Shown one piece after another: positions 10,135 to 20,615 of a stretch of DNA of 57,163 nucleotides (position 1 is the first letter of the stretch; each line of letters begins with the position of its first letter). The position numbers and the translations under genes are program-made. The stretch is from an uncultured virus (IMG/VR IMGVR_UViG_3300022916_001241). Lineage: Duplodnaviria > Heunggongvirae > Uroviricota > Caudoviricetes. The stretch lies in IMG/VR virus record IMGVR_UViG_3300022916_001241; one strand, given 5' to 3'. The notes under the pieces were generated by a model, which was not told the DNA's origin, searched no databases, and was given only the letters and a program-made list of their open reading frames with translations.

Positions 10135-11250
10135 TCACTTTGTTCTCCTCTCTATAACATCTAAACATGTTAACACATAATTGTCATCAGATAAAGTATT
10201 ACAAAGAACATCTTTGCCCAACACACAATCAAAAAAATGACCAACCTCATCAACATACATTTTTTGAGTAGAAAAATCAGAATACCCATTTAAAACACTG
10301 ACGCTCTCCTCTTTGTATACAATTTTTTCAGGTAAAAATTCATTATCATTACTGTTAATATATACAGAAACATTATTGTCAATCCAATCCCATTCTATAT
10401 TACCACCCTCACAAGATAAATAAAGCCTACGATACGGCTTTTGGCTATAAACATCAACAGAAAAATTAGCACCAACATAGTTGTTATTACACACATCAAG
10501 CATATGTTCAAAAATAACTGAATAACAATCATTTATACCAGTGTTTTTACCTATAACCGATCTTGACTTAACTAACGAACACATAGAGTCAAAATCTATT
10601 GGCCCAAAGATATCGACTAACCATGACAATTCAAATGGAATCATTTCTCTACTACCACTAGTGTCAACATTTGACACATAATAACTATTAATATCTTGTT
10701 CTGGGTGCCATTGTTTTAGATTCTGTGAAACTCTATAAATATAACTAAGTGGCTTGCCAATAACATTATCATCAATAATACCCTTTATATATCTAATAGA
10801 ATCCTTAAACTTCAAAGTAGAAGATGGATATACAACTGTATTATTATTTTTACTTGTTTCATATATGTCTAATAACGCAAACCTGTCTGACGGGCATACT
10901 GATGCTTCGCAAAAAATATGACAATTATATTCGCTAAACAATCTATAATATCCCATATGTTTATTAGGTGGAGTACATATAAAACAAACAACCTTATCTT
11001 CATTCCTCAACAAATTCTCAACATCATCTAAGTTCCCAGTACCAACAAAATAATTAACACCATCAAAACTTCTATCTTTACTGTTATTACTAACATCATA
11101 TCCATAAATATTAGACGGATCAATATTGAAATTATTAATCATAACACCTATTCTTCTAGCACCCATAGAACCACAACACCCAGCAACAACAAACTTATAA
11201 TCATTAAACATGTTTTTTAATCCCCAATCATTAGTTACTTTTATCTTCAA
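10135..11250 (-). CDS. Gfo/Idh/MocA family NAD(P)-dependent oxidoreductase
   Basis: GCCGSMGARR, ICTPPNKH, HIFCEAS, QWHP motifs; the start may be 11211. Confidence 0.85.
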   Translation of the reverse strand: MKIKVTNDWGLKNMFNDYKFVVAGCCGSMGARRIGVMINNFNIDPSNIYGYDVSNNSKDRSFDGVNYFVGTGNLDDVENLLRNEDKVVCFICTPPNKHMGYYRLFSEYNCHIFCEASVCPSDRFALLDIYETSKNNNTVVYPSSTLKFKDSIRYIKGIIDDNVIGKPLSYIYRVSQNLKQWHPEQDINSYYVSNVDTSGSREMIPFELSWLVDIFGPIDFDSMCSLVKSRSVIGKNTGINDCYSVIFEHMLDVCNNNYVGANFSVDVYSQKPYRRLYLSCEGGNIEWDWIDNNVSVYINSNDNEFLPEKIVYKEESVSVLNGYSDFSTQKMYVDEVGHFFDCVLGKDVLCNTLSDDNYVLTCLDVIERRTK

Positions 11251-12283
11251 TCCATCTATCTAACAGCACACCAATGTCATCAATAGACATATCACCAAAA
11301 TCATCAAAACAATTATCCTTATCAACACTTAAACTATTGTTACAACCATTATTGTTTCCAGATATAAAATGAGAATGTATCCTATCATAATCAACAATAA
11401 CAAAATCGTCATATATAGCAGCCATAGCCTTTTCATGTCCAGTCAACAACTCTTCACACAGCTTTTCCCCAGGCAACAAACCAATTTTTTTTATAACAAG
11501 ATCATCAAAATTTATATTAAAATGTAAACACAATGCATGTAACACATGCCTTAAAATACACTTGTCCATTTTCAAAACATATAAATCATGCTCACCCAAC
11601 ACAAACGATCTAAGGACTAGATTGATAGCGTCATCAATTGACATCATATACCTAGAAGCACTTAAATTTGTAACTAATATTTCTTCATCATTAGACATAT
11701 TGTTATAAAAAGTCTCGACAAATGAACCATTAGAGCCAAAAACATTACCAAACCTAACCACAGAAAACTTAGTTTTTTTATTTTTACGACCCACTTCCAT
11801 AGCATTTAGAAACAACTTTTCTGCCAATAATTTTGTTGTACCCATAACATTAACAGGGTTTACCGCTTTGTCAGTTGATATCAACAAAGCCCTTTCTACA
11901 CCAAACTTCCTACAAGAATCAATAACATTTTCGGTGCCGCCAACATTAGTTTTATAAGCCTCATCTGGATTAAACTCACAAAAAAATACATGCTTCAAAG
12001 CAGCAGCATGAATAACAATGTCACAACCACTAACTGCCCTATCTAGCCTATCACCGTCACGAACATCGCCAATCAAAACCCTGACTCTTTCATCAGACTC
12101 GACACTATTAATAAATTTATATAGCAAATATTCACTGTTGTCAAACACCCTAAGTTGCTCAACATCAAAACATTCCAATATTTTCTTACAAATGCCAGAG
12201 CCAATAGTACCTGCACCGCCAGTAACTAACACAACCTTGTCTTTAAAAAAATCAGCCAATTTTTTATCAATGTCACCCATCAT
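11231..12283 (-). CDS. UDP-GlcNAc 4,6-dehydratase (PseB/CapD/FlaA1-like SDR)
   Basis: VTGGAGTIG, HAAALKHV, STDKAVNPVNVMGTTK, VRFGNVFGS, PGEKL. Confidence 0.92.
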   Translation of the reverse strand: MMGDIDKKLADFFKDKVVLVTGGAGTIGSGICKKILECFDVEQLRVFDNSEYLLYKFINSVESDERVRVLIGDVRDGDRLDRAVSGCDIVIHAAALKHVFFCEFNPDEAYKTNVGGTENVIDSCRKFGVERALLISTDKAVNPVNVMGTTKLLAEKLFLNAMEVGRKNKKTKFSVVRFGNVFGSNGSFVETFYNNMSNDEEILVTNLSASRYMMSIDDAINLVLRSFVLGEHDLYVLKMDKCILRHVLHALCLHFNINFDDLVIKKIGLLPGEKLCEELLTGHEKAMAAIYDDFVIVDYDRIHSHFISGNNNGCNNSLSVDKDNCFDDFGDMSIDDIGVLLDRWIEDKSN

Positions 12284-13572
12284 AAAACCTCAACCCAATT
12301 AACAGGCTTTCCTTGCAACAAGCCACCAATGTTATTGTTTATATAAGCTTCAGCACAAATACTTGCAGCATCTTTAAAAACATTAATAGAATATAAAATA
12401 TCATTATTACAATGTGCAAACATAGGCAAAACTTGCCATGCCATTAAGACTCCCCCCTTAACACACTCTTGCAAAAATAAAGACCTAATATTAACATCCA
12501 ACTCCTTATCGTCAAGTTTACTTATAAATAATAATCTACATGGATAACCAACACACTCTAATGGAATATCATTATCTTGACAATATATATTAAACCCATC
12601 CTTTATTTTAGCGCCAATATCCCACAAATAACTACAAACATTATTATCTAACATATATTGTATGTTTGCCTTGCAAGCGGCCAAAGATAAAGTTTCACCG
12701 CCAAATGTAGTTGACATAAATATACTATCAGACACCTTGTCAAAAATATTACTACGACCAACGACAGCAGACAATGGCATACCATTAGCAATACCCTTTC
12801 CAAAACACGCAAGATCTGGAATAACATCAAAATATTCTTGAGCACCACCAATAGAAAACCTAAAGCCAGTAACTATTTCATCAAAAATCAATAACACACC
12901 ATTGTCATCACATAACATCCTAAGCTTACTTAAAAACCCATCTCTTGGTGCCTCTAGTTGAGTTGGCTCTAAAATTATTGCTGCCACATCATTATCTTTA
13001 ACAACCTTTTCAAAACTATCTATATCATTATACTCACAATAAACAACACTGTTCTTCAAGTCACCTGGAATTCCTGCATTTCTTTCGGACGCAGCCATGC
13101 ACCAATCGTGCCAACCATGATATTCACCCTTAATAATTAAATCTTTTCCAGTATATGCCCTAGCCAACCTTATAGCAGCAGAGGTTGAGGCCGCACCAGT
13201 TTTAAAAAACCTAACCTTTTCTGCACATGGTATAATGTCACACAACAACTCAGCCACTTCAACTTCTAATTTGTTAACTAAACCAAAATTAATTCCATTT
13301 TGTAACTGATTAATTATTGCCATATCAACGTTTGAATTTTTATAGCCAAGTATAACAGAGCCAACTCCAGAAGTATAATCAATAAATCTATTTTCATCTT
13401 CATCAATAACATAAGCTCCCTTTCCAGATTTAATATACTTAGGGTATACACCATCAACACCAATCATAGGCCCTTTAGAATATAATTGTGTGCCATCCAT
13501 TATAACATTTTTAGCTCTGCGCCAAATATTCTCTGACTGATTAACCCCGTTAAATATACCAAAATTACTCAT
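12280..13572 (-). CDS. class III PLP aminotransferase (GSA-aminomutase-like, KdnA-like)
   Basis: GKGAYVID, YHGWHD, ILEP, IFDEIVTGFR, FGKGIANG, TTFGG. Confidence 0.92.
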   Translation of the reverse strand: MSNFGIFNGVNQSENIWRRAKNVIMDGTQLYSKGPMIGVDGVYPKYIKSGKGAYVIDEDENRFIDYTSGVGSVILGYKNSNVDMAIINQLQNGINFGLVNKLEVEVAELLCDIIPCAEKVRFFKTGAASTSAAIRLARAYTGKDLIIKGEYHGWHDWCMAASERNAGIPGDLKNSVVYCEYNDIDSFEKVVKDNDVAAIILEPTQLEAPRDGFLSKLRMLCDDNGVLLIFDEIVTGFRFSIGGAQEYFDVIPDLACFGKGIANGMPLSAVVGRSNIFDKVSDSIFMSTTFGGETLSLAACKANIQYMLDNNVCSYLWDIGAKIKDGFNIYCQDNDIPLECVGYPCRLLFISKLDDKELDVNIRSLFLQECVKGGVLMAWQVLPMFAHCNNDILYSINVFKDAASICAEAYINNNIGGLLQGKPVNWVEVL

Positions 13573-13589
13573 TAAAAAACCTCCAAAGA

Positions 13590-14795
13590 CTAACTCAAAA
13601 CATCAAATATAATATCACAAATTAATTTAACTTCCTCTGCCCCCAATGAAACGCTAGATGGCAAAGACAAAGAATTTTCATAAAACTTAGTGCTATTCTT
13701 AAAATCATCATCATCATTAACAAATTCTCTCATATGTGATAACATACTGGCTGGTGTAAAAACCGGCCTTGCCTCAATATCGTTATCATTAAATGCTGAC
13801 AACATGTTATACTTAGTTGTTTCATCTGAAACCATAATCACATTTAGCCAATTATTAGACATACAACCATCAGTATTTTTTTGAAATTTAACCTTAACAT
13901 CACCATCAATTTTAGCAGCAGACAACATTGCCTCAATTGCTGTGACCTTAATTTTATACAAATTACTTAGTGTTTTTTTAGAATGTAAAATGTAATCAAT
14001 ATTATTAAAGTTATACAAGCCTATAGCTGCATTTATCGGATTCATTCTATAATTATAGCCAACATCATAATAATTATATTGACCATCAAAACCAACCTTC
14101 ATTTGATCAACTAACTTATTAAAATAATCTTCTGTTTCCATAATTTTACCATTATCTACAAACGTCCTACGCTTGATCGCACAATCACGATCATAATCAA
14201 ACAATATAGCACCGCCACCAGAAGAGGTTAACAGCTTATTAATATTAAAACTAAAAATAGAATAATCAGCCAAAGAACCCGCAAGCTTATTATTATAAAG
14301 AGAACCAAATGATTCAGCAGCATCAGAAATTAAAACTAAATTATGTTTATCACATACCTTTCTTAAACTATCATAATCACACATGTTTCCATATAAATCA
14401 ACAGCAATTATGGCAACAACATCTTTATCAATCTTGTCTTCTATTTTATCAACATCAATACACCATGTTTCTGAATCTATGTCTACAAATACAGGTATGG
14501 CCCCCACATACCTAATAACATTCCAAGTAGATGCAAAAGACACATTTGGACAAATAACCTTTTGTCCATCTTTAATATTAAGTCTCCTTAAAATAGCATG
14601 AAGGGCAGAGGTTCCATTAGAGCACAAACTTAGCTTTATTTTATCATTACACTTAGACACATACTTAACAAGCTTGTCTGTAAACTCTTTATTATAACTC
14701 TGATCTGCTATATTATTCAAAACACCATTATATAAATAATCGTTAATACCATCACACATACATGGCTCATGATTATAAACTTTTTTATTATTCAA
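13590..14795 (-). CDS. DegT/DnrJ/EryC1/StrS sugar aminotransferase (LegC/PerA-like)
   Basis: NGTSALH, DAAESFG, FSFNINKLLTSSGGG, GYNYRM, SLPSS. Confidence 0.92.
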   Translation of the reverse strand: MNNKKVYNHEPCMCDGINDYLYNGVLNNIADQSYNKEFTDKLVKYVSKCNDKIKLSLCSNGTSALHAILRRLNIKDGQKVICPNVSFASTWNVIRYVGAIPVFVDIDSETWCIDVDKIEDKIDKDVVAIIAVDLYGNMCDYDSLRKVCDKHNLVLISDAAESFGSLYNNKLAGSLADYSIFSFNINKLLTSSGGGAILFDYDRDCAIKRRTFVDNGKIMETEDYFNKLVDQMKVGFDGQYNYYDVGYNYRMNPINAAIGLYNFNNIDYILHSKKTLSNLYKIKVTAIEAMLSAAKIDGDVKVKFQKNTDGCMSNNWLNVIMVSDETTKYNMLSAFNDNDIEARPVFTPASMLSHMREFVNDDDDFKNSTKFYENSLSLPSSVSLGAEEVKLICDIIFDVLS

Positions 14796-15717
14796 ACCTC
14801 CCCCTTACTACCTTGCTCAACTCAACCTCAGCATCATTAACCTCAAAATAATCACCATCAATAACATTACCTACATATTTAGACATAATCTCAGTATAAT
14901 AATCACAATATGTTCTTAGCTGTTTAAGTTGAACTGGCTCTAAGCTAAATACATTATCTGGTCCAACAGAACTCTTATCTAAAGTAAAGTGCTTCTCAAT
15001 CCAGTTGGCACCATTAGAGACAGCAAACACACTAGTATCTATAGAGTCAGTGTGATCACTAAGACCAAAACCTGAATAGTTGTTAGTATTATTTTTTACA
15101 ATATTGTTCTTGATATACATAAATTTATTTACATTAAAGTCACATCTTTTAGCAGGATAATTAGAGACACAATGTAAAATAACTATATCCTTATTGAAGC
15201 TGCCAATATTGTAAAATAAAAAATCATTTAATTTAATAATTTCATCTTTATTTAACATTCCTACTGAAATAATAATCTTCTTAAATTTCTTAGACACAGC
15301 CTCCAACAAATCAAAATTAAATGCATCTGAACTAGCTATTTTAATATATTCCATACCCAAACTATTTAAAAAGTCAATTCTACCAACATCAAAGCATGTA
15401 GTTAAAAACTTAACACCATTGTTATTACAAAAATTAACTAATTCTACATGCTGATCATCAGACAATTCGACACTCTTATAAAAATCCCTTTTATTATCAA
15501 ATGAACAAAATGTTTCTCCGTCATCCCATGGACCATGCTTTAATTTTTTTTCTTGCCAAGACTGGAACTTTACAAAATCAGCACCACAATCTTTAGCAGA
15601 TAAAATCATATCTTTTGCCAAAGACATATCGCCATTATGATTAATACCAATTTCAGCAATCAAATTAACCTTAAAGTCAAGCTCATTCCTACCTGACCAC
15701 GCAATAAACTCACTCAT
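14788..15717 (-). CDS. neuB: NeuB-family nonulosonic acid synthase (canonical motifs, no SAF domain)
   Basis: IAEIGINHNGD, VKFQ, KIASSD, HCVSNYP, LSDHT, IEKHFT. Confidence 0.92.
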   Translation of the reverse strand: MSEFIAWSGRNELDFKVNLIAEIGINHNGDMSLAKDMILSAKDCGADFVKFQSWQEKKLKHGPWDDGETFCSFDNKRDFYKSVELSDDQHVELVNFCNNNGVKFLTTCFDVGRIDFLNSLGMEYIKIASSDAFNFDLLEAVSKKFKKIIISVGMLNKDEIIKLNDFLFYNIGSFNKDIVILHCVSNYPAKRCDFNVNKFMYIKNNIVKNNTNNYSGFGLSDHTDSIDTSVFAVSNGANWIEKHFTLDKSSVGPDNVFSLEPVQLKQLRTYCDYYTEIMSKYVGNVIDGDYFEVNDAEVELSKVVRGRFE

Positions 15718-16393
15718 TTTTATCACCATCCATCAGTTTAAGATCATATTTTTTTACTTCTTCAGACATGTCAATAGTCCTATTATTATTATGTATTCTA
15801 TATCTATAAATTGGCATTTCCAAAACACCAATATTATACTTTTCACTAAACCTCTTATTTAATTCATGACCTTCTCTAAATTTAAAATCATTATTATATA
15901 AACCAACATCATATAGGAAAGTTTTATTATAAAGTATACCACAAGCTATTTGTTCAGTTTCCCAACTAAACCTGCTAATCCTATTTTCATTTGAATCAAC
16001 CTTAAAATAATCACATGCAACAGCTTGGTATTTATCTTTATTTAATTGTAAAAACCTATCTAATAAATATAAAAAATCAGATGCAACATAATCATCTGCA
16101 TCAACCCTAACAACATATTGACCAATACAATTTTGTATGCCAATATTAGCTGCAATCGGAAGGCCACAATTAGAATCAAGTCTAATAAATTTAATATTAT
16201 TTTGTTTGTTATATAAAGAAACTAATTTGCCACACACAGACGGGGTAATATCACTACTACAATCATCAACTATTATAATCTCATAATCATAAAAATTCTT
16301 CTGATTAAGAAGACTTCTAACACACCTTTCCAACCATATACCATAATTATAGCAAGTTACAACAACACTTATTTTTTTTATAAAGTTTTCCAT
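15710..16393 (-). CDS. glycosyltransferase family 2
   Basis: ISVVVTCYN, VDDCSSD, VRVDADD. Confidence 0.92.
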   Translation of the reverse strand: MENFIKKISVVVTCYNYGIWLERCVRSLLNQKNFYDYEIIIVDDCSSDITPSVCGKLVSLYNKQNNIKFIRLDSNCGLPIAANIGIQNCIGQYVVRVDADDYVASDFLYLLDRFLQLNKDKYQAVACDYFKVDSNENRISRFSWETEQIACGILYNKTFLYDVGLYNNDFKFREGHELNKRFSEKYNIGVLEMPIYRYRIHNNNRTIDMSEEVKKYDLKLMDGDKNE

Positions 16394-16437
16394 TAATTAC
16401 ATTATATTACATTAACCTTTAAAAATAAAGAAAAAAA

Positions 16438-17055
16438 TTAATTATATTTAGATTCTATAGAAATAATATCTTCAACATAATGAACATCAATATAATCAGT
16501 AACTATAAACCCTAAATAACAACTTAATGCTTCCTGCCAAACACAATCTCTTTTCATAACACGAATAGCTCCGTCGGTAATAAAATCACTGTCAACAGAA
16601 ACACATTCATACAAATTATTTTCAATAAGCTTATCAATAGCTAAGTCAATATGAACACCTTCTATTTCTGGAGAATTGGCCTGGAGCGATACCACTATAT
16701 CGCACCTAACATTATTATCTCTCTCAAACTTATCAACTGCATGTTTTAATACTTCCTGCCTCCAAACATCATCTTTAGCCAACTCATCAGGCCTATCAAT
16801 AACATTAATTTTTTTAAAGTCATCATAATTACAACAATTGTTTATAACACAAATTTTTATTTTATCGCTTTCAGTGGTAATTACAATATTATTTTTCATA
16901 CTCCCACAATACACATATTTAGAGTCCAAAACAGCATCTATAGTATGGATTATAGAAGGCTTGCCATTTACAACATATATGTTTTTATTTTTTAACCTTT
17001 TAGATCCACCCCTAGCAGGAATTACATACAATATATTTAAATCTTTATTAATCAT
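16438..17055 (-). CDS. neuA: acylneuraminate cytidylyltransferase (CMP-nonulosonate synthetase)
   Basis: IPARGGSKRLKNKNI, RPDELAKD, LQANSP, IDVHYVED. Confidence 0.9.
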   Translation of the reverse strand: MINKDLNILYVIPARGGSKRLKNKNIYVVNGKPSIIHTIDAVLDSKYVYCGSMKNNIVITTESDKIKICVINNCCNYDDFKKINVIDRPDELAKDDVWRQEVLKHAVDKFERDNNVRCDIVVSLQANSPEIEGVHIDLAIDKLIENNLYECVSVDSDFITDGAIRVMKRDCVWQEALSCYLGFIVTDYIDVHYVEDIISIESKYN

Positions 17056-18077
17056 AATTGAATTAGCCTTTCGCAAACATTACTGTTTTCAACATTAAAT
17101 AAATAATTTTCCCTCATCAAATAAAACTCACTATCAATAAATGAAATGTTGTTATTATAATAATCTAAAAACTTATCAATACCATTATTAATGTTATCTA
17201 TGTTATAATCATAATCAAAACAAAAAATATTATTATCATATAAAAATGGTAGCATCCTGCCTTTCTTAACCTTAAAGTTAACCATTGGCTTACTCAACAT
17301 AATGCTTTCTTTAATTGATGTAGAGTCAAAATTAACAACAAAGTCAGATACATACATTAATTCCATGCTAGTATGTGGAAACCATGAATAGTCCTCAAAA
17401 TAATAATCAGAAAATAAACTTTTATCACCACTAATTGAGTCTTTGCCTCTAGTTTTTGTTATAACATTATATCCAGCATCTCGCAGCTTACCATACACAT
17501 TGTTAATCTTACCATCAAAATACCTTAATTTTGGTAACAATATCAATGCATTATTTCTATCACTATTCAACCCATACTTATCCAGTATTGTTTGTTTGTT
17601 AAAATCAACACAATATTTAGGAGAACCAATATAAACATTTTTACACGAATCTTTGTTGTAATGGTTAGCAAAACTCTTATTAGGAAAAACAACAAAATCT
17701 GCCAAATCAACATACTTGTCAAATAGACTTACAAAATCAGTCATATAAGTAAGTACAATATTATTATTAAGCCTAGATGAATATTCTATACCAACACCTT
17801 CAATAAAATATGTATTGCCAGCAAACTCAGGCAAACCCAACCTTTCAATATTCTCTATGTTAATAGAGCCACGATAAAAAACACTTAAATCAGACACACT
17901 TTTTTTTATAAAATCTAAATTATCTTTTAAAAGTGGGCTATTATACTTTTTACTATCACCAAGAAATATATTTATATTATGACCAATATCATTGTTAACT
18001 AACTCATTTATTATAGGCATAAAATATCTAAGAAAAGTACATTCAGAAACAACAAAGTTATAATTAGCATTATTCAA
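17052..18077 (-). CDS. putative GT-B fold glycosyl/glycerophosphotransferase-like protein
   Basis: YIGSPKY, SDFVVNFDSTSIKESIMLSKP resemble the TagF/sialyltransferase-like C-domain. Confidence 0.55.
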   Translation of the reverse strand: MNNANYNFVVSECTFLRYFMPIINELVNNDIGHNINIFLGDSKKYNSPLLKDNLDFIKKSVSDLSVFYRGSINIENIERLGLPEFAGNTYFIEGVGIEYSSRLNNNIVLTYMTDFVSLFDKYVDLADFVVFPNKSFANHYNKDSCKNVYIGSPKYCVDFNKQTILDKYGLNSDRNNALILLPKLRYFDGKINNVYGKLRDAGYNVITKTRGKDSISGDKSLFSDYYFEDYSWFPHTSMELMYVSDFVVNFDSTSIKESIMLSKPMVNFKVKKGRMLPFLYDNNIFCFDYDYNIDNINNGIDKFLDYYNNNISFIDSEFYLMRENYLFNVENSNVCERLIQL

Positions 18078-18167
18078 AATAAAAACAACCCCTCGCTCTA
18101 ATCATTTGATTATTCTAAAATAAAACTATGATTTCTACCATAAAAGTAATAAAATATTTTACTATTT

Positions 18168-19814
18168 TTATTTTTTTGAAAGAACAATTCCAAAATCTGC
18201 AAAATAAAGATAATCAATATCAGTCCTAAGAAAACAATTAATTGCATGAACTGGAGTTTCACAAATTGGTTCACGATCATTAAAGCTTGTGTTTAACAAT
18301 ATTGGAACATTAGTTTTCTCATTCCATTTCGATAAAAAATTGTAATACCAAACATTATCATTCTTTGTTACAGTTTGTAACCTAGCAGTTTCATCATAAT
18401 GTGCAACTGCTGGGATCATGCTTAGCTTATTCTTTCTAATTTTTACAACAAAAGACATGTACGGGCTATCAACATCCTTAACAAACCAATCAGATACATG
18501 TTCTCTCAATATTGATGGTGCAAATGGTCTAAACCATTGTCGATGCTTAACTTTTTCATTAATCATACTTTTCATTTTATCACTTCTAGGATCTGCAAGA
18601 ATACTTCTATTTCCCAATGCTCTACGGCCAGATTCAGATCCACCCCTAAACACAGAAACAATTTTTTGATTATCTAAAAAATCAATAACTAATCTATCAT
18701 CACAATCCAAAACTTTTAATCTGTCCCTATATTGCTCAATAGAACCTCTCACACCTTCCTCATCATAAAGTTCACCAAGATATGGAGAAACATTGTCACT
18801 CCACTCAATCCTATCATTCCCACAATAACTATGCCAAACATATTGTGCAGCACCAATCGACAACCCACCATCATGAGGACAAGGAGGTATATAAACAGCC
18901 TCTATATTATTGTCTTCCCAATCAACAATCTTACCCATTGCTACAGAATTTAAAGCAACACCACCACACAAACAAAGATTTCTAATATTTGGGTTATCAT
19001 TAGATAATTTAGCTATCATATCTTTTAACACTGTTTCAGTGGCAGATTGTAATCCAGCAGCCAAATCAAAACGTTCTTGCTCACTTTTTTCACCTATCTT
19101 AGCCCATTTATCCAAATAAGGATGGATTGGATCATTTCCAGTATACGCACCAACAGGCTGACTCATTGGCTTTATTGACGCCATTGCAATATCTTTAGTC
19201 AACATCCTGTAAAAATCATTGTAATATTTACTTGAGTCACCAAACGATGACATGGCCATTACAGTGCCTGCCTGATGGCCATGTGGCCAACCAGACTGTA
19301 GCTTAAAAATATACCTTGTGGCCCTTGTCCATAAACCACCAATATTTATACTTTGCATAGAAAACACATCTACAGCTTTAATGCTCTTGCCATTTCCAAC
19401 ATATGTACACGTTGCAGTTTCGATTCTTTCATTTTTATCTTCAAATTCGACACCACCACCATCGGCAACCAATATCAATGAGTCATCATATTTACTAGAA
19501 TAAAACGCATGTGCTGCATGTGAAAAATGATGGCCAAGCACATGTACTTTAATTCCCTTTTTTTCACAAATTTTATATAATTTTTTCCAAGATTCTGCGT
19601 AATCGAAAACATCTTTTATTGGATGACAAACAGCAACATCAGTAACATCCTCTAGTTCATCTTCGCCACAAATATCAAAAAATAACTTTATGGAATCACC
19701 TTTAGGCTCCTTTTCTCTAATATATCTTTCATATTCAACATGAAGCTTAGGCATTCCATTTTCCAAAACACAAAACGAACAATCATGACCAGACCAAAAA
19801 GATACAATTTTCAT
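18168..19814 (-). CDS. NodU/CmcH family carbamoyltransferase
   Basis: GHDCS, ERYIREK, HHFSHA, DGGG, GGVALNS, DGGLSIGAA, RALGNRSILADP, FRPFAPS, LNTSFN; start MKIV after GGAGG. Confidence 0.95.
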   Translation of the reverse strand: MKIVSFWSGHDCSFCVLENGMPKLHVEYERYIREKEPKGDSIKLFFDICGEDELEDVTDVAVCHPIKDVFDYAESWKKLYKICEKKGIKVHVLGHHFSHAAHAFYSSKYDDSLILVADGGGVEFEDKNERIETATCTYVGNGKSIKAVDVFSMQSINIGGLWTRATRYIFKLQSGWPHGHQAGTVMAMSSFGDSSKYYNDFYRMLTKDIAMASIKPMSQPVGAYTGNDPIHPYLDKWAKIGEKSEQERFDLAAGLQSATETVLKDMIAKLSNDNPNIRNLCLCGGVALNSVAMGKIVDWEDNNIEAVYIPPCPHDGGLSIGAAQYVWHSYCGNDRIEWSDNVSPYLGELYDEEGVRGSIEQYRDRLKVLDCDDRLVIDFLDNQKIVSVFRGGSESGRRALGNRSILADPRSDKMKSMINEKVKHRQWFRPFAPSILREHVSDWFVKDVDSPYMSFVVKIRKNKLSMIPAVAHYDETARLQTVTKNDNVWYYNFLSKWNEKTNVPILLNTSFNDREPICETPVHAINCFLRTDIDYLYFADFGIVLSKK

Positions 19815-19869
19815 TATTATTACCCTCCAAAATAAACTTACTTTAAAAAACACAACCAATACAAAACAT

Positions 19870-20613
19870 CTAACAACTTTCTTTAAAACCCCTAGCCCTA
19901 ACAAACCTAACAACATTTAATTGATCTGATGTGGTGTCCATATTACGATCAATTGACACAGAGTTTATATTATAAAGATAACAAACTTCATTAACATACT
20001 TTCTCTTTTTAGATAGCTTTAATATTGGCAACATTAACGCTTGATCATAACCACGTTTAAACCAATTACCATTAATGTCCTTAAAATTATCATGGGAAAT
20101 CTTATCAAAAATACTTTTCCTAAACGTTCTAAAATGAGAAGAACACCATTGATATAAATATGGGTTAATATTATTTGGCATATCACCTGAAACATTCATA
20201 TTGTTATTAACATCCCACATATGCGCTGTCCAAACGACATCATTACCATTACTATACTCATCAAGAATCAACTGTAAGGCATTTTTATTACACAGTTGGT
20301 CATCGCCATCTATAATACCAATAATTACTTCAGAACCAATATTGCTAAAACAAGAACCGTTGATAACATCAACTATATTTTTAAGGGCATATTTCTTATC
20401 ACTACCATTAGATAAAAATACAACCCTACCCAAAGATTTATCATCATTAACAATATTTTTAGCCACCTCGCATGTATCATCAGTTGACAAATCATCTGAA
20501 ATGATCCAGATCCACTTATCATAAGTCTGTTCTAATAAACTATTGTATATATTATATAAATTTGAAGATGCATTATAACAAGGTGTTATTATGACAAAAT
20601 TAAAGTTATCCAT
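19870..20613 (-). CDS. glycosyltransferase family 2
   Basis: ITPCYN, DDLSTD, IDGDD, SHFRTF, DQALM. Confidence 0.9.
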   Translation of the reverse strand: MDNFNFVIITPCYNASSNLYNIYNSLLEQTYDKWIWIISDDLSTDDTCEVAKNIVNDDKSLGRVVFLSNGSDKKYALKNIVDVINGSCFSNIGSEVIIGIIDGDDQLCNKNALQLILDEYSNGNDVVWTAHMWDVNNNMNVSGDMPNNINPYLYQWCSSHFRTFRKSIFDKISHDNFKDINGNWFKRGYDQALMLPILKLSKKRKYVNEVCYLYNINSVSIDRNMDTTSDQLNVVRFVRARGFKESC

Positions 20614-20615
20614 TT

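Noticed and set aside
12280..13572. hemL (tetrapyrrole synthesis)
   Set aside because: It sits within sugar genes with no other hem genes; more likely a sugar aminotransferase.
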